A DNA stretch of 32,842 bases from Ionaspis alba (taxonomy: Eukaryota), in contig CAXUUL010000098.1 in assembly GCA_964255285.1 (NCBI GenBank), positions 1 through 32,842 on the forward strand. The letters are read 5' to 3'. Shown piece after piece: positions 23,540 to 32,842 of this stretch. A program made the translations under genes and the position numbers. Numbering within the stretch: the first letter of the stretch is position 1; each line of letters begins with the position of its first letter. A model generated the notes under the pieces. It did no database searches, was not told the origin of the DNA, and worked only from the letters and a program-made list of their open reading frames with translations.

Positions 23540-24464
23540 ATGCCTTCGCCGAAGGACAGAAAGTCTGCAATCTCACCCGCCTTATCTAATGCATCCAACG
23601 AATCATACGTGAGTAACCTCTTTGAATCCTATTTCCTCGAATCGTACTGACGTCTTTACCCAGTGGTCCAATCAGGGACTGGAGGATCAACATCCACTAA
23701 GACGCGTTAAGAGAAGCGCAGCCAAGAAAGCTGTAGATGAAGCAGGGGAAGAACTCAAAGTGCGACGTGGCTATCCAAAGTTGTTCCATAACAACGAACG
23801 TCTCCCCTTGAGGGCTGCGGCTGGCGACATCAGAGAGTTTCCGCTCCTCCCCAACATGACCTGGCAGCGTGGGACTAAACCTGAGCTTGTCCGTGTGCTT
23901 TACCCGAGTAACAAGAACGACAAGGAAATAGACGTGGTATTTCATGATCCTCGTCTTGCGCACCGAGGGCCGAAAAGAGACTTCTCGTTGGGAGTGCTTC
24001 ATTCAACGTCTCAATCGCAAAGCAAAGCTTCATCCGCTCAAATGGAACATGGTGTAGGAGGCAGTGAAGCAAGAGTGCAAGCTAGCTCTGGGTCTCCGGA
24101 TCCGTCGAATCTTTCAGTCCATTCCGCTCCTTTGATGAGTGCCGCCGCTTCGAGCATTCCCATGGCTCCGATCAGTCCCACGGCTTTGTTCAGTCCCCCG
24201 CCTCCGGCCAGTCCCATGTCTTTGATCAATTCCGTGGCTTCGATCAGTCCCACGGCTTTGCTCAGTCCCCCGCCTCTGGCCAGTCCCACAGCCTTGATCA
24301 ATTCCGTGGCTTTGGTCAGTCCCACGGCTTCGATCAGTCCCACGGCTTTGGTCGCTCCCCCATCTTTGGCCAGTCCCACCATTTTTATCAGTCCCTCGAC
24401 TTCGAGCGGGACTCCCACCTCGCCAACTTGGCAAGGTCTTCCAGAATCAATGGAACAGCACTAA
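23540..24464 (+). CDS. Non-secreted microbial ribonuclease (RNase T1/ribotoxin, BECR-fold) with Ser-Pro hexad-repeat tail, 289 aa
   Basis: Exons 23540-23608 and 23664-24464 (intron GTGAGT..CTGAC..CAG). GYPKLFHNNERL, REFPLL, PELVRVLY, DVVFHD and DF parallel RNase T1 YPHKYNNYEG, YEWPIL, PGADRVVF, GVITH and F in order and spacing. Confidence 0.72.
24117..24404 (+). repeat. Coding 18-bp minisatellite (consensus ATCAGTCCCACGGCTTTG) with 72-bp higher-order unit
   Basis: 13 clear units from 24171: ISPTAL FSPPPP ASPMSL INSVAS ISPTAL LSPPPL ASPTAL INSVAL VSPTAS ISPTAL VAPPSL ASPTIF ISPSTS, plus 3 degenerate upstream units. Confidence 0.92.
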
Positions 24465-25227
24465 TTCGAGAGTCTGGGACGAGAGGCCACATGGGAAGCA
24501 AACAGAACGATGCTCTTTCCTGCACCTCTGGTAGGAGAGCAGGCGGAAACAGCACCTAGCAGCCGTGGGCAAATTTGGCCTTGACCCCCATATCTTTAAT
24601 GTCGGGAGTTGTTTTTGTTTGTTTTTGTTTGTTATTGCTTTTTGGGTATTTTTACCTTGCCTCTGGTTTGATAATAATGTTTGTTCGCTCAAGTCTGTCC
24701 TCGAGTCGTGGTTTTGGTTCCTAGGCGGGCAACTTTGTACTGTACAACATCCTTAATTACATAGCTAGACTGTCATTCTTGAGTAAACCGCTGATGCGTT
24801 CGTACACCATCTCCTCCTCTATTATCGTTACATAATGAGCATTCATCACGATCTTTCAGACTCCGTCTCGTAGTTGATGGCTTTTGCCATATCACTCCCC
24901 TAGCAGCCTGCCGGCTTCTTCCACTCACCTATTTGTTGACTCTTATACAGGGGGTGAAAAAATGCTATTGTGCATCATCGAGCGGCTCAGCAACTATGTG
25001 AACGATTGTGCCCTGAATCATTACTTTGCTCCGTTACCTATGATCTAATATGCAAGAAAATCTACTGGATGCGAGTAACGAGCCTGACGTTGCTTTTCCC
25101 ATCCGGCGCCATGGTTGAATATGCAAGGGATGAAGACCTCGAAGCAAATAGCCCAACCGACAAATATCACGTAAAAGCCACCGAATTGCGAATGTTAAAG
25201 CTTCCTCAATATCAAGATTTATACAGT

Positions 25228-28200
25228 TCAGAAAAGTCCGTCGATCTCTCCAGTCTCTGGGTCAACATCTACGTTCAAATATCCAGGAGCAGTAGGTAAT
25301 CCAGGTATTGTCTGAATGTCGGCAGCCAAAGCATAGCTACGCAAGTCAGCATGGATCTCCTGGCTGATGCTTGATACTTACAGGTAACCGGCGCCCACGG
25401 CTAGCCTGACGTCCCTGATCGGAACCGTGAAGCCCGTGGGTGCTCCCTTCAGCGCTGGGTCATGGCTGAGCGAATATTGTGTCTTTGCAATACAGATCGG
25501 TAGGTTCCCGAAGCCCTGCTTCTCATACGTATCGACCTTCTTCTGGGCGAGTTCGCTGAATTCGACTTTGTCGGCTCCATACATGATCTTGCCAATGCGC
25601 TCTATCCGATCTTGTACACTCCCAGTTGTGTCGTACAGTAGCTTGAAGTTTTTCTCCTTGGAGCTAGCTGCTATGACTCCCTTTGCGAGGTCGACGGCTC
25701 CCTTCCCGCCTTCCGCCCAGTGATTGGCGGGAATAGCATCTTCTGCGCCAGCAGCAAGAGCCTCGTCGCGGATAATCGCTATCTCTGCTTCAGTGTCTGA
25801 TTCCATCTTGTTAATGGCCACGACAACAGGGACGCCGTACTCTCGGGCATTGGAGATGTGCTTCCGAAGATTGATACAACCCTTGCGAAGGATATCGACA
25901 TGTTCTGTTCTGTACACTTCGTGAAGTGCTCCACCTGGGGTGATTTCCGGGCCACCACCATGGACCTTGAGCGCACGAACAGTAGCGACAATGACGACGA
26001 CATCGGGGACAAGACCCGAAGAACGGCATTTGATGTTGAAGAATCTCTCCCCTCCCATAGTGAAGTCGAAGCCAGCTTCTGTCACGACGAATCCAGTCTT
26101 CTCATTATGATCTTCATCGGTCTCAGTACCTGCCAGTTTCAGAGCAAGCTTGTCCGCCAAAACGGAGCTGGCACCGATACTGATGTTTGCGAATGGTCCG
26201 GCATGGACAAAAACTGGAGTACCTTCCAGTGTCTGCATCAAATTTGGCTTGATCGCGTCCTTCATCAGTGCCGTGAGAGCACCGCCAGCACCAATATCGT
26301 CACAAGTTACAGGATCGCCACCCTTTGACGTTGCGACCACCATTCTACCAAGTCGTTCCCGCATATCTCCAAGATTGTTGCTCAAGGCCAGAATTGCCAT
26401 GCACTCGCTGGCAACAGAAATGTCGAACCCAGTCTCCCTTGTATGGCCTTTCTCGGTAGGTGCTTGACCAACAGTAATACCTCTAAGATGACGGTCATTA
26501 ACATCGAGAACTCGTCTCCATGTGATGGTCTCCGGATCTATATCTAGTCTAGCGAACTTCGTTATCTCTTCTGGAGTCAATTCATCAGGGTTGGTCTTCG
26601 TTATGCCTAGCTTTTTGAGCCTACGGAACATAATGGGTTGAAACTCTCGCTTCCCTTTCTTTGCAGGTACCAAACGTTTGTAGAGCGCGCCATCCTTCTG
26701 TGTCGATTCATGAAACATCCTAGTTTCGATAGCTGCAGCTAGGAGATTGTTGGCCGCAGAAATAGCATGAATGTCTCCAGTGAGATGCAAGTTGAACTCG
26801 TCCATAGGAATGACCTGACTGTAACCTCCCCCGGCTGCACCTCCTTTGATTCCAAATGTAGGTCCCTGACTTGGCTGCCGCACATTTGCGAAGGCTATAC
26901 GGTTCAGGTGTCCTCCAATTGCCTGTGTAATGCCCATGGTAGTCGTTGATTTTCCTTCTCCGAGAGGTGTCGGGGTGATACCTGTAACAAGAACGTAACG
27001 TCCGTTACGGCGATGACCTAGTCGCTGTAGAAGATCCAAGTCGACCTTGGCCTTGTACGCTCCATAAGGTTCTAGTTCATGAGACGCAATTCCGACCTCA
27101 TCTGCAATCTGTGTGATCAACTTGGGACGCTGCGATCTGGAGACTGCGATGTCTGAGGGAACGGGACTTTGTAATTTTAGCGGTAGTGGCCGTATATGTC
27201 TGGCCTTCTGTCTTTCGAAGTAGGTGGTGGCAGAATCGACCACATTTTGCAGGAGCATAGCAACAGTCATGGGACCGACTCCACCAGGAACAGGAGTAAT
27301 CTTTGATGCGACTTCGGCAGCTGATTCGAAATCCACATCTCCAACCAATCTTTGCCCAGATTTCTTGGTATCATCCGGGATGTAATTGGTACCAACATCA
27401 ATCACTACCGCACCCGGCTTCAGCCAATCGCCCTTAACAAAGTTGGGTTTCCCAATTGCAGCAACCACGATGTCTGCCCTTTTGACGTAGTCCTCAAGAC
27501 CTTCTGTCCGCGAATGGCAGACAGTGACAGTGGCATCGGCGTTCCTTAATAGGTAACTGACTGGACTGCCAACTATATCACTTCGCCCAAGGACCACTGC
27601 GTTTTTGCCTTTCAATTCGACATCGCTCTCCTCGAGTAAGACCATGACTCCCTTAGGAGTGCAGGGTGTGAATAGTGGCTTCCCTCCCTTCTTAGCCAAT
27701 TCTCCTATGTTGATAACTCCAAAACCGTCCACATCCTTTTCATCTGCCACCGCTGAAGTCACGGCATGCTCCGAAATATGCTTAGGCACGGGCAGTTGTA
27801 CCAAGATACCATGTATTGAAGGATCATTATTGAAGCGGGTAATGTTCTGAAGTAACTCCGGCTCGGTGATGGACTCCTCATAATGGATGAGGTTGCATGT
27901 GATGTCCGCCTCTTCAGCAGCCTTCAATTTCATGCGAACATAGGTGCTGGAGTCGGACCGGTCCCCAACTTGTATAATGATCAAAGATGGCTTGTAACGT
28001 GGATTGGCAGCTTGTGTCTTCTTGATTTCACCACTAATTCTTTCCCGTATGGATTTAGCAATGGCCGTGCCATCGATCTTTGTAGCAGTCATCGTGACGG
28101 TACTCGAAGAGAGAGACCGGTTGGCATGAAAGGTGAACGACTGTAGGCTGGGAGAAATGGTCCTAGAGCCAGTTTTTCTATGTACGAGCGGGGTGCAGAG

Positions 28201-28392
28201 TCTCGAACGTGAGTGTAGGATTGAGGCCCGTAGGCTCGAGTAGGATCGGACAGCCAATGCGAGAATTGAGTGTGAAAAATACGGCCTGCCGTGGAACGAA
28301 TGTTGGATTGGCAAAGATTTATTCCGGTGAAGTAATTGGCGGCGGAAGATCAACACCCTAGGGCTGCGACACGCTGTCTTGGAGGATTTCAT
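25228..28392 (-). CDS. ADE3: Trifunctional C1-tetrahydrofolate synthase (Ade3/Mis1 type); core start 28092 with in-frame N-terminal extension
   Basis: Exon 1 ends at 25382, intron 25381-25337, last exon 25336-25228. Motifs KDVDGF, PCTPKG, GRSDIVG, TPVPGGVGPMTVAML, TPTPLGEGKSTT, GIKGGAAGGGYSQ, HAGPFANI, TEAGF, ICIAKTQYSLS, IQTIPGLPTAP. Confidence 0.96.
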
Positions 28393-28398
28393 CTTCTG

Positions 28399-28404
28399 TG
28401 ACTC
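28399..28404. promoter_or_regulatory. TGACTC (Gcn4/CpcA- or Bas1-type) site in the ADE3-TIF34 divergent promoter
   Basis: TGACTCT ~310 nt upstream of the core ADE3 ATG; a short motif that may occur by chance. Confidence 0.3.
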
Positions 28405-28701
28405 TTCACCCAAGGTCGTACATGTGACATAGGCATTCTCGCCCCTTTCGATATCCCGTCAACGGAGTGGACACAATATCTACGCCATATTCTAGTCTCA
28501 TTCCAGCGCCTGTTCCTTTTTGCCTCTGCGGCCCAAACCTAGATCTTAAGCCAACCGCCAGTCCAGTCATCTTTGCGCAGGAGGCCAAAAAAAAACCCGC
28601 CCACCTAATTCTTTCGCTTGCGGCTCGCGCCAAATCACGCCCGGAATTACGCAAGGTTCAAATCCTCGCGCCCTATTCCACTCCACAACCCACGTTTCAC
28701 T

Positions 28702-29919
28702 ATGAGACCGATATTATTGCAAGGCCATGTAAGTACTTTCGGTTCATGATGCGGAAGGACTTGCACTAATAGGACTTCACAGGAACGGTCTCTGACCCAG
28801 ATCAAGTGAGCCCTCATGCTCCGATATGAATAGCTCCGGAGCACTTTTGCTAAACTTCCGGCAAGATACACACGAGATGGCGACATCCTGTTCTCCACAG
28901 CAAAAGACCAAGTCATTTGTGCGTGGTTCTCTGCCAACGGGGAGAGATTAGGAACCTATCATGGCCACCAAGGCGCACTCTGGACCGTCGATGTCGACCC
29001 CACCACAACTCTACTGGCAAGCGGCGCCGCAGATAATACAGTGCGTTTATGGGATGTGCGGACAGGAAAGTGTATTAAAGTCTGGGACTTTAATACTGCT
29101 GTGAAAAGAGTTGAGTTCTCAGAGGATGGAACGCAACTACTCGCCGTGACGGAGAAGCGTATGGGATTTCTCGGAACAATAGTCGTTCTGGACATCAAGC
29201 TTGATGTGGAGGCCGAGCAAGAAGATACTAAGAGGTTGACCATTACCTGCGATGAGAGCAAAGCTACTGTAGCGGGTTGGAGCTTCTTATCCAAATACAT
29301 TATTGCTGGCCATGAGGACGGGTCGGTTTCACAGTACGATGCGAAGGTGGGAACAAGAGGATATCTACTAGGGATATACTCGCTGACCTTTTCAGACTGG
29401 TGAATTTCTGATGAATGAGTTTGCGCACGAGGATGGGATGCAAGTCACGGATCTTCAGTGGTCAGCAGACAGAACATACTTTATAACAGCCTCTAAGGAC
29501 AAAACAGCTAAAGTGCGTCCATCTTTGTTGGTTTGCTTCCTTACTAATCTTGCTAGCTTATATCGGCTAGAGACCTGCGAGTGCTGAAAACCTACGTATC
29601 TGACACTCCTCTCAATACTGCAGCAATAACACCGAAGAAAGACTTTGTGATACTCGGTGGTGGTCAAGCCGCTATGGACGTCACAACAACTTCGTCACGG
29701 CAAGGAAAGTTCGAAGCTCGTTTCTACCACAAGATCTTCGAGGATGAGATCGGGAGGGTGAAGGGACATTTTGGACCTCTAAACACAGTAGCTGTGGATC
29801 CCCAAGGTCGAGGTTACGCCAGTGGAGGAGAGGATGGGTATGTGCGGGTGCATCACTTCGACAAAGGCTATTTCGATTTCATGTATGAGACAGAGAGGGA
29901 ACATCAAAGAAGGGGATAA
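28702..29919 (+). CDS. TIF34: Translation initiation factor eIF3 subunit i (WD40)
   Basis: Exons 28702-28728, 28783-28805, 28866-29346, 29396-29512, 29557-29919. [18 protein letters not shown]...[16 protein letters not shown]...[12 protein letters not shown]...[12 protein letters not shown]...[14 protein letters not shown]. Confidence 0.96.
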
Positions 29920-30290
29920 GTTGATAGGATTAATTGGGGAGCTTCTTGCTCTGGTGTTCAAGGGAATGACAGGCTTCATGAAACCTGCAGCAGCATCTCA
30001 ATCTAGATAAAAGTGTGTCTTGCTAGATTCTACGATAGAACTGCGTTTCCTGTATCTAGCGTGTCCAAGTCCAGGATCTGACTCTCCCACATTTTCCTCC
30101 TAAGAAGCGGAACCCTAGATGTGTGTGAAACTGCCCGAGAGTCCTATGGGAATTGCCGAGGCCTGACGTACTTTTTGTACTTTTTGTTCCGCCCCACTGG
30201 CGGCCGACAACCTCCGATTTCACAATCCGGGAGGTCGCCCAAATCCAAACCCAGACCATTGGGTCTTCAGTACTTCCAATTTTACTTGTA

Positions 30291-31711
30291 ATGAACGTAC
30301 TCTCCCCATATACGTCCCGCCGATTCGGAGCTTTCCTCCTCCGCCAGTCCTGTTGCCCATCTCCGCTCTCCTCGAATTGCCCAAGAATACTCCAAACAAT
30401 TTCCTTCCCCTCGAGAAGCATGTCTTCAATTCCCAAAATCAAAGTCAAGAACCCCGTCGTCGAGCTCGACGGGGACGAAATGACGCGCATCATCTGGAAA
30501 GACATCAAAGACAAATTCATCCACCCATACCTCGACATCGACCTCAAATACTACGACCTAGGCCTACCGTACCGGGACGAAACGAACGATCAAGTTACAC
30601 TGGATGCGGCTGCGGCGATCAAGGAGCATTCCGTGGGGGTGAAGTGCGCGACTATAACACCGGATGAGGCGAGGGTCAAGGAGTTCAAACTCAAGAAGAT
30701 GTGGTTAAGTCCCAATGGCACGATTAGGAATTATCTGGGAGGCACCGTCTTCCGAGAGCCGATTGTTATTCCACGGATCCCGAGACTGGTGCCGGGGTGG
30801 AAAAAGCCGATTGTGATTGGAAGACATGCATTCGGTGACCAGTACCGGGCGAAGGACCTCGTTGCAAAAGGTGCAGGGACACTGGAAATGGTCTACACGC
30901 CCAAGGGTGGGGAGCCGGAGCGGATTAAGGTGTTTGATTTTGCGGAGGACGGAGGAGTTGCCCAGACGCAGTATAATACGGACGAGTCGATAGCGGGTTT
31001 CGCGCATGCAAGTTTCAAGCTGGCGTTGAGTAAATCGCTGCCGTTGTATATGAGTACGAAGAATACGATTTTGAAGAAGTACGATGGGAGATTCAAGGAC
31101 ATTTTCCAGGCTATCTACGAGAAGGATTACAAGAAACAGTTCGAGGCTAATGGGACTTGGTATGAGCATCGGTTGATTGATGATATGGTCGCGCAGATGA
31201 TGAAGAGTGCTGGGGGATATGTTATGGCTCTGAAAAGTGAGTTGGCCCTCGAATCTTGTCATGGTTTCTTGCAGCTGATGATTTAGACTACGACGGTGAC
31301 GTTCTCTCCGACATTGTCGCCCAAGGCTTTGGATCGCTGGGACTCATGACCTCCGTGCTCATCACGCCTGACGGAAAGACCTACGAATCGGAAGCGGCTC
31401 ACGGGACTGTAACCAGACATTTCCGAGAACATCAGAAAGGAAAGGAAACTTCGACAAACCCCATAGCTTCAATATTCGCCTGGACAAGAGGACTGGTGCA
31501 ACGAGGGGTTCTGGACGAGACGCCGGAGGTAGTTGCATTTGCGGAGAGTCTTGAGAAGGCATGTGTGGACACGGTGAACGAGGATGGCATCATGACCAAG
31601 GATCTGGCCCTGGCATGCGGGAAGACCGAGAGGTCGGATTATGTGACTACGACTGAGTATATGAATGCCGTGGAGAGGAGATTTCGGACGAACTTGAAGG
31701 CGAGACTTTAG
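30291..31711 (+). CDS. IDP1: NADP-dependent isocitrate dehydrogenase with mitochondrial presequence and C-terminal PTS1
   Basis: Exons 30291-31236 and 31287-31711. Motifs [70 protein letters not shown]; ends KARL*. Confidence 0.96.
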
Positions 31712-31991
31712 AAGGTAGGCTGGGTTTCTTGTATATAGGATCATATCACAAAGGCAGATCGCATATCGATGATCTGGGCAACTCAAAGAGATTTTTACTC
31801 GAACCTCAGCGTGGTTGTCATAGCTTTCGTATCGTACCGACACAATCATCTATTTCTATCAATGCCGCCTGCACTCCAAAAGCCAACAGTCACACGCCTT
31901 CGAACTCCCTGATAGCAGACCGACCGCCTCGAAGTCCCCTTCAGACCAGTCGCCCATCGTTGATATCAAAGCCATCTCTCGATTCATCCGC

Positions 31992-32523
31992 TCAGTGCTT
32001 ATCAGGTAACGGCTCTCCCGTCTTGGGACTAATCTTCAAGACCCTGGCCACCTTGTTCAGTAGTGCCTGGTTCTTGATCGCCGTCCCGCTCTCCAACAGC
32101 TTGATATCATTCGCCTGCGCATTGACCTTCTGAGCTAGTTGCGCTTGCGTCAATTTGAATCCCTCCTGCGCTCGGCGATTCTTGATGGCTTCGGCGATCT
32201 TGGTGTCCAGTTTCTGCGGAGCGACGATGTCATCGGAGCGGTCGACTTTTGTCAGGCGTTGGCCTTCGCTGCCAGATGCTTTGTTGGACTTTTGCGAGAT
32301 AAAGTGTCAGTAGTGGCATTCTGGTGATGATTGAGCGAGGGCTGCGGAAATGAGATAGACTTACGGTATTTGCAGATGCGAATTTCTTTTCCGTAGCGAC
32401 GATGGCGCCGGAGCGTTGAGCAGCGTTCAGGGCACCTTTGCCTCGCACGACGGTTTCACGTTGGCCGGCGCCGCCTTTGGAGGATTTGCTGCCGATTTTG
32501 GTAACGGTGTCCCATTCATCCAT
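31992..32523 (-). CDS. MBF1: Multiprotein-bridging factor 1
   Basis: Exons 32523-32365 and 32288-31992 (GTAAGT..AAG). [11 protein letters not shown]...ALNAAQRSG...TEKKFASAN...[13 protein letters not shown], then [14 protein letters not shown]...ESG. Confidence 0.94.
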
Positions 32524-32842
32524 GGTGATTTTATTGTGTGTATGGATTGTGCTAGAAATTGTCGGTTGTGGGGTATGATGTTATGAGAAATGTTGTGACT
32601 TTGCGAGTTTTTCTCAAATGTAAAGACAGGTAGGTGGTAAGAATTTATGTGGTGTCGAGGAATAAAATGATGGGACAAAGTTGTCGGGTTATGAATCAAT
32701 AATGAGACGTTTAGAATATGGTGAATCACACGCTAGAACTGATGGGGAACCCGATCGATGGCTCGCTTTCTTCCGAGGTTCAGCTCAAGTGGTCGCATAT
32801 ATCGAAGCCTCGATCTTGTGGCGAAGTAATATTGAAATCACA

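Noticed and set aside
24171..24404. Repeat array as a CRISPR-like element
   Set aside because: Contiguous tandem units with no unique spacers, in frame within a eukaryotic CDS.
24038..24434. Two antisense ORFs with amphipathic (KAVGLI) or G/Q/S/R-rich (RGTDQS) repeats resembling amyloid motifs
   Set aside because: They are a by-product of a stop-free 18-bp repeat; the plus-strand frame is continuous with the RNase domain.
30153..30290. TTG-initiated further extension of IDP1
   Set aside because: Lies in the promoter region, includes acidic residues, and is unnecessary given the ATG at 30291.

Overview
Gene-dense, intron-containing DNA from a filamentous ascomycete (Pezizomycotina; Eurotiomycete-like, inferred from protein sequences and short GT-AG introns with CTRAY branch points). 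I reconstructed 17 protein-coding genes by hand-splicing. Conserved core genes: AVO2-like ankyrin protein (partial), RPN3, SPC34, UDP-glucose 6-dehydrogenase, TAF12, a VOC/glyoxalase protein, EMG1, a CorA-like membrane protein, an HD-domain cyanamide-hydratase-like protein, DUF2434-like, C1-THF synthase, eIF3i/TIF34, NADP-IDH and MBF1. An apparent accessory block (~20.4-24.5 kb) holds an orphan ORF, a DUF3632-like gene and, head-to-head with it, an RNase T1/ribotoxin-fold gene. That RNase lacks a signal peptide and Cys and carries an 18-bp-minisatellite Ser-Pro hexad tail; it is the best candidate for an undescribed (toxin/antidote-like) system. Also notable: the AVO2 start codon is split by an intron and has a strong-context AUG-stop element 10 nt upstream that doubles as an alternative donor. 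Two neighbouring NADP-dependent enzymes have dual- or triple-targeting architecture. No rRNA, tRNA, CRISPR or transposon could be supported. All family calls come from recognised motifs, not database searches.
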